DNA from: Nanobdellati archaeon
GTDB lineage: Archaea > EX4484-52 > GLR71
Assembly (NCBI GenBank): GCA_019429125.1
Contig: JAHYJO010000001.1
Location: forward strand, 32,001 to 96,000
Direction: 5' to 3'
DNA length: 64,000 bases
Shown: positions 10,157 to 20,195 of the stretch, piece by piece
Numbering within the stretch: position 1 is the first letter of the stretch
How the letters are laid out: the number at the start of each line of letters is the position of its first letter
Notes under the pieces: generated by a model
Database searches by the model: none
Seen by the model: only the letters and a program-made list of their open reading frames with translations
Told to the model about the DNA's origin: nothing
Made by a program: the position numbers and the translations under genes

Positions 10157-11492
10157 CAAGAAATATTTTATCTTTCTGTTTGGAATTATTGGTCTTCTTA
10201 TTATAATACAGGTTCAGTCATCAATTCTTGAATCCTCCATAACTGGAAATCTATTATTGAGTGAGGTAAATGTTTCTATAAATGCCTATGATAATGGTAA
10301 GGTTAGCATCTTGAATTATTCCGATAGGATTGAACAGTATTCAAAGTTAGTTATAGGTGCTGAATTTTTAAATACTGGGAGCACTTCATATTCAAAAAGT
10401 TTGTTATTGCAGATTGGTACTTATGATGAGAATATGACTATTAGTGCAAACCGTACGGGAACTACAATAGTTATGAAACCAGGGGATAGAAGTTTTGATA
10501 AATTGACATACACACCGTTATATTATGGATTTTATTGGATGCATTTGATAGTTTCTTATGGGAATAAGACTGCGGATGCGTGGGGGACATTTTATGTTGA
10601 TCCATATTATATCATAGTTATTCCGCCTAATGTAACTGAGGGTGAACCAGGGGGTCCTCTTGATGTAGAAGATACAACAGGTGGCGATGGTGATGGTTTA
10701 AGTATGGGTGGTGGTGGTGATGATGTGGTTCTGTCTGCGTTATTGGATTCAGGTATATATGATACGGGTCGGATATTGGTCACACTTTCACATCCAGATA
10801 AGATTTCTGTTAGACCTGGGCAATCTTCTGTAGTCTATGTTATTGTCAATAATACGGGGACTATGACGCTTAGGAGGATGATGCTCTTACCGCGTATTAT
10901 TGGAAATATTAAGATTGAAGCACAACCTATGAATATCCAGACATTGAAAGGTGGGCAATCTGCAATCTTTATGATTACTCTTGATGTGCCTTATGATATT
11001 TATAATCGTACATATCCATTGGATTTCAAGGTTTTATTTGATAAGGATAGTAGGGCGGGACATATTGATGTTGAAGTGGGACCTGGAAACCTTGAGGATG
11101 ATCTTTTAAATATCATACTTAATTATAGGTATATTATAACAAGGCTTACAAGTGAAAGGGATAAACTTTATTTTGAGGGAAAAAATACAACACTTCTTGA
11201 TGAATACATATCTGATGCAGATTATGATTTGGTAATTGCAAAAGAGAATTATGATCTGGGTGATTATGGTCCTGTACGTGAATATCTTAATGAAACACTG
11301 AATCATCTTGAGGATGCTGTTCTTGAACTTGCCAGTCTAAGAAAATCTGATACATTTGTCCTGTTTGCTACCAATGTCTGGTTCTTGATAGTGCTGATGA
11401 TTATAATATCTATTGTGATAGCTGAGGTCTATATGCATAAACGAAAGCATAAGAAATATATTAAATATGAAGGCGAAGATGCGATTGTTTAG
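10143..11492 (+). CDS. Membrane-anchored Ig-like protein with Gly/Asp linker and helical stalk
   Basis: N-terminal hydrophobic segment; FLNTGS and VNNTGT strands; helical region; C-terminal TM plus basic tail. Confidence 0.75.
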   Translation: MNMIDKKYFIFLFGIIGLLIIIQVQSSILESSITGNLLLSEVNVSINAYDNGKVSILNYSDRIEQYSKLVIGAEFLNTGSTSYSKSLLLQIGTYDENMTISANRTGTTIVMKPGDRSFDKLTYTPLYYGFYWMHLIVSYGNKTADAWGTFYVDPYYIIVIPPNVTEGEPGGPLDVEDTTGGDGDGLSMGGGGDDVVLSALLDSGIYDTGRILVTLSHPDKISVRPGQSSVVYVIVNNTGTMTLRRMMLLPRIIGNIKIEAQPMNIQTLKGGQSAIFMITLDVPYDIYNRTYPLDFKVLFDKDSRAGHIDVEVGPGNLEDDLLNIILNYRYIITRLTSERDKLYFEGKNTTLLDEYISDADYDLVIAKENYDLGDYGPVREYLNETLNHLEDAVLELASLRKSDTFVLFATNVWFLIVLMIIISIVIAEVYMHKRKHKKYIKYEGEDAIV

Positions 11493-11913
11493 GGTTTTTA
11501 TTTTAAGTCGTATCTTTTCCGTCTTTTTGTATTTATTTACCGATTGAGTCGTTTAATCAGTGTGTTTGATTTTGGTGGTTTTTTTATTTTTCTATTGGTT
11601 GGTTTATTCTAACTCGTTATTTGGTCTGTTTTATTTGTTTGGTTATTGGGTTCTTGTTGTTTATATTTTGGTATTAATTTAATACTATTTATTTTGTTAC
11701 AGAAATAGATTCATGAGTGGAGTGGTAAATTAAGCATTGTTAAATGTTTTTGGTTTGGCAGGGGGGGGTAATATGTTTGTTTGAGGAAAGAGAACAAATT
11801 AATTAAATTGGATTATAGATTTTGTGTTTTGAATAAAAATGAGATAAAAAGAAAAAGAATTTTAAAAAATAAAAATGAACCTGACGGGGATTCAGGTTCA
11901 TTTATTACTGTAA

Positions 11914-12801
11914 TTAATATGATGCAACGATTGTTAGTGTTCCTGAAGTTGTGTCTCCGTAAGGGATTCCATTTGGTACTGATGCATATATACTAATTGC
12001 GTCTTCTGATCCGGGTATAAGATTATCAGTTATTAAACTTCCACTATTATCACAGTTTGGAAATTGACTTGACATATCATATTTATAGAGGTATATCTTA
12101 TCACAAGTATTTGCTGTTGCAATGCAGTATCCTACAAGTGGTCCAGTGGAACATGTAAAGGTTCCCCAGGTAGTGCCTGGTGTAACAGTAGTACAAGTAG
12201 ATGCTCCAACTGTTATATCACGATTTAAAGTTGTGTCATTTTCAGGTATAGAACTTATTTGAAATATCGTACCGGTATTATTACATACTCCATCTGTTCC
12301 ATTTTCAACTTTCCATAAATATTCATTACCTGTTGAGTTTCGGTACCACCCGTGAGCAAAAGCATTTGTGTTCTCATTAATATTTAATTCTTCTCCAGTT
12401 AGTATTGATGAAAGGTTCCATTCAAGACGGCCTGCGTGTGAATGTGCGGAGTCTGTTGAATTCTTTACAAATATAAGACCTGCAGCAGAATAAGCAGTTA
12501 CATCTGCTGTTGGTAGTGGGTTTGTTGATTCTACTGTGATTGTATCTGTAGTCATGTATATACCACTAACATTTACTGATCCTGTATTTTTGATAATTAT
12601 ATATTCTGAAGCGCCATTTGAACCTGGTTGTAGCAGTGTCCAGTTTATGACATTTGGACTTACAACTATTGTCCCAACAGCTGATATATTAATATTTACA
12701 GTTACAGTATCATTTGTATCTACTGCAAATGTGATAGGACCATTTATTAGGGTCAAAAGAATTATTGCCAATGCAAGGGGCATTATGTATTTTTTATTCA
12801 T
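11914..12801 (-). CDS. Secreted Thr/Asn-rich protein, candidate major filament subunit (WxL/TasA-like)
   Basis: Signal peptide ending TFA; alternating N-terminal strand TVTVNINIS; INWTLLQPG; IKNTGSVNV; C-terminal VP.G...SGTLTIVA; no TM. Confidence 0.6.
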   Translation of the reverse strand: MNKKYIMPLALAIILLTLINGPITFAVDTNDTVTVNINISAVGTIVVSPNVINWTLLQPGSNGASEYIIIKNTGSVNVSGIYMTTDTITVESTNPLPTADVTAYSAAGLIFVKNSTDSAHSHAGRLEWNLSSILTGEELNINENTNAFAHGWYRNSTGNEYLWKVENGTDGVCNNTGTIFQISSIPENDTTLNRDITVGASTCTTVTPGTTWGTFTCSTGPLVGYCIATANTCDKIYLYKYDMSSQFPNCDNSGSLITDNLIPGSEDAISIYASVPNGIPYGDTTSGTLTIVASY

Positions 12802-12873
12802 ATTAATCACTTGTCTAAATGTTTTTATAGTTTTATTTTGTGATCATGTCGTATATATGTCTTTCGGTTATAT

Positions 12874-12894
12874 GGCACTGTTCAAAAAGTGAGT
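12874..12894 (+). mobile_element. Isolated left end of MITE family C
   Basis: ggcactgttcaaaaagtgagt is identical to 62229-62249. Confidence 0.65.
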
Positions 12895-12957
12895 GAGTTT
12901 TGAGGATATATCTGATAATGTCTTTTTGCGAGTATCATATATTCTGGTGTTATTATT

Positions 12958-14157
12958 TCACATTTTAAAAAAGAATATGATTGTCGGAATTATCAGGCAA
13001 CCCATTAACATTGATCTTCTTGCGCCTATTGTCTGCGCATATATGCCTAAGGAGGTTGACGTTATAAGAAGTATGAGTCCTGTTATACTTGTGAAAATTA
13101 TTGTCATAAGAGTAAGAAGAATGATTATTGAGGTACCTAAGATTCTGTAGTCTATCTTTTCTATGATGGTTGTTGCTATCTTTCCGATTTTCATTGTTAG
13201 TATTGCTGACAGTCCGGCTGACAGGAATGCTACACCAATAAATATTGATAATGTGTTTTTTGTTAGGTCTCCTATTATTGAGTCAACCGCTATTGCCACA
13301 CCTGATCTTGCGTTACCTATTAGGTATATCGCTATAAATGACAGGATTATGTCAATTGTTCCGATTGTGCCGACGGCTATTATGAAGTTTTTTGCGCCTT
13401 TTATCTTTCCTATGTGTTGGACAAGCATTGCTGACTGGGAGGAGCCAAGACCGGGGATTATGCCTGCTACAAGGCCACCTGCAAACCCTGCAAAGGAGCT
13501 TTTGATTGTTCCTTTTGTTTTTATCTTTATTTTTGTGTTTTGTTTTGGTATTTTTGATTTGTTTTCAAGACTCATCAGTATGTTGCTTATGCCGAAAAGG
13601 CCAGCAAAGAGTGGGAATAAGGTGTAGTTTGAGTTTATCATGTGTAAATCAAGGGTTATGGTGCCTAATATCCCTGATAATATGAAAATTAAAAGCGATC
13701 TTTTCCAGTTGCTACTTCTTGAGATTATGAATGTTATTGCAAGGACTAAAATGTAGGGGATTGATGGTTTTATTGTCTTGTATGCAGGAGTTACAAGGTC
13801 TGCAATCGTTATGAGGAATATCATAAGTATTATCATACCTAAAAGACCACCAATGACTGATAATGCCAGTGCTTCATATCCTTTTCCTTTAAACAGCATC
13901 AGGTGAGTGGGTAGTGTTGTCAAGGCTGTTGCCGGGTCGGGTGCACCGAAAAAGATTGAAGGGATGAAATCCATGAATGAGTGGGTTGTGCTCATGGTTA
14001 TTATGAAACAGCTTAAAAGAAGCGGGTCTGTGTCGTAGGTTCTGTGGACTGCGAGCGCAAGGATTGCAATCGTGTTTATGTGAAGGCCAGGTGTGAGTCC
14101 TGTTACTGTTCCAGTTAGGATTCCAGCGATTGAGAATAAGAGTATTAGTTCAAGCAT
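12958..14157 (-). CDS. TctA-family (tripartite tricarboxylate transporter) membrane protein, archaeal COG1784 type
   Basis: GLTPGLHIN, FIPSIFFGAP and the second repeat GIIPGLG; highly hydrophobic. Confidence 0.85.
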   Translation of the reverse strand: MLELILLFSIAGILTGTVTGLTPGLHINTIAILALAVHRTYDTDPLLLSCFIITMSTTHSFMDFIPSIFFGAPDPATALTTLPTHLMLFKGKGYEALALSVIGGLLGMIILMIFLITIADLVTPAYKTIKPSIPYILVLAITFIISRSSNWKRSLLIFILSGILGTITLDLHMINSNYTLFPLFAGLFGISNILMSLENKSKIPKQNTKIKIKTKGTIKSSFAGFAGGLVAGIIPGLGSSQSAMLVQHIGKIKGAKNFIIAVGTIGTIDIILSFIAIYLIGNARSGVAIAVDSIIGDLTKNTLSIFIGVAFLSAGLSAILTMKIGKIATTIIEKIDYRILGTSIIILLTLMTIIFTSITGLILLITSTSLGIYAQTIGARRSMLMGCLIIPTIIFFFKM

Positions 14158-14380
14158 TTAATTAATTTGGTTGGATATGTGGGTTATAAATTGGTAAACA
14201 CTTAAGAGGGTGAATTTGAGGAGATGGATAGGTCTGTTTTTACAGTCTTTGCAAATTGTATCTTTACAAGTTTTTGTGTATAGATAATCTTATTTATTGA
14301 GGAGCGGTCTTATCTTGTTTGTTATGTCTTCTGATTTTTCTATTAATTGTCATCTTGTTTGTTATAATTTTTATAGAAAT

Positions 14381-16162
14381 TTAAAGTTCCTCATCATGTG
14401 TTCGAGTATATCTGTTCCAAACTGTCCTGAATATTTTTGAGTCTTTTATCAGGTCGGCAAATGATCCGTTTGCAATAACTTTTCCGTCATGGAAATAGTA
14501 TATCATGTCAAACATGGGCAGGAGATGAAGCCTGTGGATGGATGATATGATTGTCCTGTCACTGAATTCATTGAATATATTTTTGTAGATGTCAATTTCG
14601 TTTTTTGAGTCCACACTGCTAGTTGGCTCGTCAAGTAATATGATTGATTTGTCTTTACAGGCCATAAGACCTCGTGCTAGTGCAAGGCGCTGTTTCTCGC
14701 CACCACTTAAATTGACGCCTTTTTCAACAATTGAAGATTCTAGTTTATTTGGTAGGCGCTCGAGGACATCTGTGAAACGGGCCAGGTCTGTGTATTTTTT
14801 TATTTCTTCTTTGCTGTGTTTTACACCCATCGTTATGTTCTCTTTTATGGTTGTTGAAAATATTTCTGGGTCTTGTGGGATGAGCGCAATTGATGAGCTT
14901 ATGTCTCTGAAATTGTTTTTAAGGTGTTTTCCGTCAACTGATAAGTCTACATGTTGAGGTCTATATAATTGCCGTATAATTTTTAGTAATGTGGTCTTTC
15001 CGCTACCGCTCTCACCTATGAGCGCTATCCTTTTTCCGTTCTCAATCGATAAAGATATGTTGTCTAGGTGCTGGTCGCAACATTCTTTATTGCTGTATGA
15101 GAATGTCAGGTTTTCTATTTTTAGTTCTTGCCAGTCTTTTTTTATCAGTTTAATTTCATGAACCTTTATCTTTTCAAATTCGTCTGATATCTCCTCAGCA
15201 TTCATGACTGCAGTTCTTTCACGGACTATATCACCGTAGCGGTAGGCGAACCTGAAAAATAGTTGGTTTATCTTGTTCACATAGCCGTAAAGTGCGAATA
15301 TGCTACCTACAAGCACTGTCGTGCCGGACCTTAAGCTGAAATATATGTAAGTTGCAAGGACTAGAAATTTCATTAGCGATGTGCATGTGGATACGAGGAA
15401 CCATTTGGTCTCGTTTAATTTATGGTTTCGTACGAAAAGTTTGAAAGGTTCCATGATGCTTTTAAATACTGATTTTGAAATTAGGTTTTCAGTACGCAAT
15501 ATTATAACTGTTGTTATGTTGCTTATGGTGTCATATATCTTTTCGGATATTTTGTTTTCAGAATGGTTCAATTTTATATATTGTTTTATGAGTGTCTTGT
15601 CAAATTTGAGAATTATGTTTAAGGTTATTATTACTATGAAAAGTACGATGTAGCTTGAATGAAGATTGAAATATATAAGCGCTATGTAGGAACCTATGAA
15701 TCTTATAAGTGTCTCTATAACTTCATAGGTGTTTGAGGAATATTTGTATAGTGCGTCTGTGGACTTATTGATTTTATCTATGGTGTCTCCTGAATGATGG
15801 TCTGTGTGCCATTTTGCATGTAAGGACATTGTGCCGTTAAGAAGGTATTTTTTGTAGTTTGCGCGAACCAAAAATGCGTTTCTGTATTCTAGGATACGGG
15901 CGGGACCGTGGAATATCCAGAATATGATGGAAAGTACTACGAAGAGGAACAAGTAAAATATGATAGTGTTAAAGTTGGTTGCGCTCAATCCTTCGAGCTG
16001 TATAGTATTTAGGATTTTTGCGATTAGTAAAGGTTCAATCAGGTTCAGTATGTTTGCGATTATGAACATTATAAAATAGAGGATTACCTGTTTTCTGTTG
16101 CCTTTTGAGTATTTCCACATGGTGCGGGTGAGGTAGATTACTGGGTTGTCTTTTATGGCCAT
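14381..16162 (-). CDS. ABC exporter, fused permease and ATP-binding domain
   Basis: N-terminal TMD; Walker A GESGSGKT; LSGGEKQR; Walker B IILLDEP; H-loop IHRL. Confidence 0.95.
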   Translation of the reverse strand: MAIKDNPVIYLTRTMWKYSKGNRKQVILYFIMFIIANILNLIEPLLIAKILNTIQLEGLSATNFNTIIFYLFLFVVLSIIFWIFHGPARILEYRNAFLVRANYKKYLLNGTMSLHAKWHTDHHSGDTIDKINKSTDALYKYSSNTYEVIETLIRFIGSYIALIYFNLHSSYIVLFIVIITLNIILKFDKTLIKQYIKLNHSENKISEKIYDTISNITTVIILRTENLISKSVFKSIMEPFKLFVRNHKLNETKWFLVSTCTSLMKFLVLATYIYFSLRSGTTVLVGSIFALYGYVNKINQLFFRFAYRYGDIVRERTAVMNAEEISDEFEKIKVHEIKLIKKDWQELKIENLTFSYSNKECCDQHLDNISLSIENGKRIALIGESGSGKTTLLKIIRQLYRPQHVDLSVDGKHLKNNFRDISSSIALIPQDPEIFSTTIKENITMGVKHSKEEIKKYTDLARFTDVLERLPNKLESSIVEKGVNLSGGEKQRLALARGLMACKDKSIILLDEPTSSVDSKNEIDIYKNIFNEFSDRTIISSIHRLHLLPMFDMIYYFHDGKVIANGSFADLIKDSKIFRTVWNRYTRTHDEEL

Positions 16163-16274
16163 GTTTTATAATTTGTATTTTGGTTTAAATATATTTGTAT
16201 ATTGTTTTGTTTTTTGAGGGTTTTTACAAAATTAATTTAAAACTATGTTACCATTTTAATATTAAGTGATAATT

Positions 16275-16613
16275 ATGATGCCAGGAATGAATCCGAAACA
16301 GATGAAAAACATGATGAAGCAGATGGGTATGCAGATGGTTGAGATAAAGGCGTCTGAAGTTGTAATCAAGTGCGCAGACAAAGAAATAATAATAATAAAT
16401 CCGCAGGTTTCAAAAGTTAAGGCAATGGGTCAGGAAACGTTTCAGATTGTAGGTGACATCTCTGAAAGGTCTTTTGTGCCTGTCGAAAAGTTTACGCAGT
16501 CGGATGTCCATATAGTTGTTGATCAGACTGGGGTTTCTGAAGAGAAAGCGCGCACAGCACTTGAAGAGACAGACGGTGACCTTGCGGAAGCCATAATGAA
16601 AGTTCAGGAATAA
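16275..16613 (+). CDS. nac: Archaeal nascent polypeptide-associated complex protein
   Basis: MNPKQMKNMMKQMGM...EVVI...PQVS; C-terminal UBA domain QTGVSEE.A..AL...GDLAEAI. Confidence 0.95.
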   Translation: MMPGMNPKQMKNMMKQMGMQMVEIKASEVVIKCADKEIIIINPQVSKVKAMGQETFQIVGDISERSFVPVEKFTQSDVHIVVDQTGVSEEKARTALEETDGDLAEAIMKVQE

Positions 16614-16630
16614 ATTTGATTGTGATTTGA

Positions 16631-16840
16631 GTGAGTGGTTTAAAGGCTAGTGTATATGGGTTTGTTCGCGGACCTTCTGGTATGGTTGATTCAATAACTG
16701 ATGAGGATATCAATAAGTATCTGGAATGTGGGACTGATTTTTATTTAAAGGTCAGGTGTTATCTTGACAGGTGTCTTGGAATACCTTTAGTTACTATATA
16801 TGATTCTCCGAAAATATATGAAGCAATAAAAGATTGTTGA
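16631..16840 (+). CDS. Hypothetical protein
   Basis: 69-aa GTG ORF directly after nac. Confidence 0.4.
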   Translation: MSGLKASVYGFVRGPSGMVDSITDEDINKYLECGTDFYLKVRCYLDRCLGIPLVTIYDSPKIYEAIKDC

Positions 16841-16905
16841 GATTCTGATTTATTTAGGTATTGATTTAAATATTTTAGGAGATATACTGTATTATTGGTG
16901 ATGAT

Positions 16906-17277
16906 ATGGATGTTGTATGTACTGAGGAGTTAACATTAAAAGAAGCATATATGCAGGATCTTGGATATTCAACTAAGGGTGCTGTGTCTCAATATGCTGT
17001 TGATTATTCTTGTGCTATGCCTTGTTTTCAATCGCGAGATAAACAAGAATATAGTGGGGAATCTGTCTGGTTTGAAATTCCGATGTGTCCAGAGACTTTT
17101 GAAGATGCATACACACGAGAATATTTAGACTCTTTATTACCTTATCAATCTGAAGAGTATTGGTCAAAATTTATGCCTTTGCTTTTGGAGGAGATAAGAC
17201 AGAATATATGCGATGCTACTGAAAGAGCTGAAAAATGGCAAAATAATGCTCTTCCATATTCTGTTAGGTGTGGTTAG
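16906..17277 (+). CDS. Hypothetical acidic protein
   Basis: GGTGA RBS before ATG; 123 aa. Confidence 0.65.
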   Translation: MDVVCTEELTLKEAYMQDLGYSTKGAVSQYAVDYSCAMPCFQSRDKQEYSGESVWFEIPMCPETFEDAYTREYLDSLLPYQSEEYWSKFMPLLLEEIRQNICDATERAEKWQNNALPYSVRCG

Positions 17278-17437
17278 AAATAATCATGTTTTATATATAA
17301 TCATTCTTTTAATTATCTTAGTCTTTACAAAATTATTTTTTCTCTTTAAGTTTTGATATTGTTGTTCTTTTATGTGTTCTAGAAAGGTTATTAAGTGTTT
17401 ATACACCATTATATTGTAGTTTAAGGGGTGAATTTGT

Positions 17438-18217
17438 ATGTCAAAACACGATATTCCAAAGAATCCGTTAGTAACTGCGGTTATGGATTTGACTAATTAT
17501 TGAATTAAACAGTTAAATGTTGGTCATAATAATACAATAGGGATTGTTTTAGACCAACAACGACAATTTATAGACGGATTATTTAAGTTGTCTAATCAAA
17601 TCAATAAATATAATGAGAACCTAGATGCATCTCTTTTGATTAAAGGCGAAAGTCCCATTTATATTGCATCTTTGTGTGATAGTGCAAATAAAAAATTAGC
17701 TTATTTAGAATTTGATAAAAAACGTGAATACAATTCTTTTGATTCAATCCCTTTGGTAATCAATGCGGGATTGTCTGCTGTTTTTAACAGTGTTAATCTT
17801 GATGAACTTTATATTACAATAAAGAAAGAGCTATGTTACAGTGGGGATTATTATGTTGATGAGCCTGCTGAAATAATTGAACATAAAGAACCTCAAGATA
17901 TTCCAATATTTAAGTTACTGGATGAGCTTTGTTTGTATATTGATAATTATTCTAATACTGATGATAAATTTGAGAATGTTGTAAATCATTTGGGTGCTGG
18001 GTTTTCATTTAATTTAGATATGAGCCTGTATCTGCAGGCAATTTTAAAGGAGTATGATATGGATTTGATATCAATTGTGGGGTCTGTTGATAAAAAAGAA
18101 TTGTATATAAAATTGACTAATCGGGATTATGAAATGATTAGGGAGTTGTTTAAGGTATCTAATGAAAATGACTTTAGTAATTTTAATATTATTTTGTATA
18201 AAGAAAGGTTCAAGTAG
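17438..18217 (+). pseudogene. Hypothetical protein interrupted by an in-frame TGA (17501-17503)
   Basis: GGGGTGA RBS and ATG 17438 are in frame with the 17588-18217 ORF; one stop at codon 22. Confidence 0.55.
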
Positions 18218-18220
18218 TTT

Positions 18221-18871
18221 TTATCTTAATTTTCTTTTTACTATCTTTGTCCTTGTGAAATCTTCTCGAGCGCGTTCGTCAAGTTTAGATATTATCATCC
18301 TCTTGTCATTGTTGAGGGATGGGATGATGTAGTCTTCAAGCGCTGTTACCTTGCGTCTTGTATTTGCAATCTCTTTCTTTAATATTCTTGAGTTTGAGTC
18401 GATTTCGCCAACTTTTAGAATTAATGGTAAAGTATCCTCAAAAAGTGTTGCTGTGCCGTCAAGCGTGGCATCTGAGTCTGTGATGCTATAGCCACGTTCA
18501 AGGATTTTTCTTGAGTAGTCGGGGGCATTGATCTTTAACAGGTTGACACCCATTATTTTTTTTTCTGTGAGGTCTGTGTTTTTTGCTTTCTGGACGGATG
18601 CACCCAAGTATCGTGTCTCTATGTGACCTAAGCTTACTTGCGCATCTTTTAATATGTTAAATGCTTCAGTCATCTTTTTTTGCATGGTTTCTTTTTTTTG
18701 TATACTGTCTTTTGACATTGAGAAATATTCAAGTATTAATGCTTCGTTTTTTTCTTCAAGAAGTGTGTGGCCGGTTCTGCTCAGGTCAAGTGTTTCACTT
18801 ATTCGTTTTAGTTCAGTTCGTGTAGGTTTTGATTGTTCTCTAATCATGTCGTTCATACCAGAATCTTTCAA
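18221..18871 (-). CDS. atpD: A/V-type ATP synthase subunit D
   Basis: PTRTEL...GHTLLEEK, IMGV, TRRKVTALE..IIP, LDERAREDF.R.K. Confidence 0.95.
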   Translation of the reverse strand: MKDSGMNDMIREQSKPTRTELKRISETLDLSRTGHTLLEEKNEALILEYFSMSKDSIQKKETMQKKMTEAFNILKDAQVSLGHIETRYLGASVQKAKNTDLTEKKIMGVNLLKINAPDYSRKILERGYSITDSDATLDGTATLFEDTLPLILKVGEIDSNSRILKKEIANTRRKVTALEDYIIPSLNNDKRMIISKLDERAREDFTRTKIVKRKLR

Positions 18872-20195
18872 TTATGTCTTTGTCAATTTTTGTTAGTTCT
18901 TCTTTTGGAAGAATCTTCAGTAGTTTCCAGCCAAGGTCAAGGGTGTCTCTAATACTTCTTTTTTGGTTCTGGCTTATGAATTCCCTGTCAATTGCGGTCT
19001 TGAATTTGAGATATTTTTTGTCAATGTCAGTTAGTGCGTCTTCACCTATTATGGCTTTTAATTGTTCAAGTTTTTTTCCTCGCGTGTAGAATGCATAAAT
19101 TTGGTCTGATACAGCTTTATGGTCTTCTCGTGTCTTATCTAATCCTATGCCATGGTGCATCATTCTTGAAAGTGAGGGTATGATATCTATCGGAGGGAAG
19201 ATGTTTTGCCTGTGAAGAGCGGGTGATAAGAGTATCTGGCCTTCTGTGATGTATCCTGTTAAATCAGGTATGGGGTGCGTGATGTCACCTTCGGGCATGG
19301 TGAGAATAGGAATCTGGGTAATTGAACCTTTCTTGTCTTTTATTCTGCCTGTTCTTTCATAGATTGATGCTAAGTCTGAATAAAGGTATGGAGGGTAACC
19401 TCGTCTGCTTGGTACTTCTTCTTTTGATGCGGATATCTCTCTTAGTGCATTTGCGTAGTTTGTCATGTCTGAAAGTATGACCACTACGTTTCGGTCTTGT
19501 TCCCATGCGAAATATTCGGCAGTTGCAAGTGCTGCGCGAGGGGTGACTATACGTTCTATTACAGGGTCGCCTGCAAGGTTGGCAAAGACTATTATGTTTT
19601 CCAGCGCTCCTGTCTTTTCAAATTCTGAGACAAAATAGTTCAGTTCGTCATTTGTGACGCCTATTGCTGCAAATATTACAAGATCAGATTTTATGTTTTT
19701 GGCTATGTCTGCGGCTAGCTTGTTGTGGGGCATGCCGTTCTCTGAGAAGATGGGCAGTTTCTGTCCTCTGACAAGACTTAAGAGTCCGTCAATTGAGGAC
19801 AGACCTGTTTCTATGAATTTGTTGGGTACATCGCGCGAGGAGGGGTTTATAGGGTTGCCGTTTATGCTTATTTTTTGGTTAGGTATGAATTTCATACTTT
19901 TTGGTCTTCCAAGACCGTCAAAGATGCCACCTACCATGTCAGGCCCCACACCAATTGTGAAACTTTTGCCTAAGAACCGTATCTTTGTGCCTTTGGTGTC
20001 AATGTCTTGCGTGCCTTCAAAGACTTCGATTATTGCCAAGTCATCTTTTAGTTCAAGTACCTGCCCAGTACGTTCTGTGCCGTCTTCAAGTATGATCTTG
20101 ACCAGTTCATGGTATCTTGCGCCGTTTATGCCTTCGGCTATAATCAGAGGTCCTGCAACTTTAGTTATGGTCTCGTATTCTTTCAAGTTATTCAC
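18840..20195 (-). CDS. atpB: A/V-type ATP synthase subunit B
   Basis: VRGQKLPIFS, DMTNYANALREIS, EEVPSRRGYP, DITHPIPDLTGYITEGQ. Confidence 0.98.
   Translation of the reverse strand: MNNLKEYETITKVAGPLIIAEGINGARYHELVKIILEDGTERTGQVLELKDDLAIIEVFEGTQDIDTKGTKIRFLGKSFTIGVGPDMVGGIFDGLGRPKSMKFIPNQKISINGNPINPSSRDVPNKFIETGLSSIDGLLSLVRGQKLPIFSENGMPHNKLAADIAKNIKSDLVIFAAIGVTNDELNYFVSEFEKTGALENIIVFANLAGDPVIERIVTPRAALATAEYFAWEQDRNVVVILSDMTNYANALREISASKEEVPSRRGYPPYLYSDLASIYERTGRIKDKKGSITQIPILTMPEGDITHPIPDLTGYITEGQILLSPALHRQNIFPPIDIIPSLSRMMHHGIGLDKTREDHKAVSDQIYAFYTRGKKLEQLKAIIGEDALTDIDKKYLKFKTAIDREFISQNQKRSIRDTLDLGWKLLKILPKEELTKIDKDIIERFWYERHD

Noticed and set aside
11781-11996. 71-aa plus-strand ORF
   Set aside because: Low-complexity intergenic sequence overlapping the 3' end of a real minus-strand gene
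14190-14345. Possible minus-strand gene remnant (…TCKDTICKDCK…)
   Set aside because: No convincing start, contains stops, and no family is recognisable
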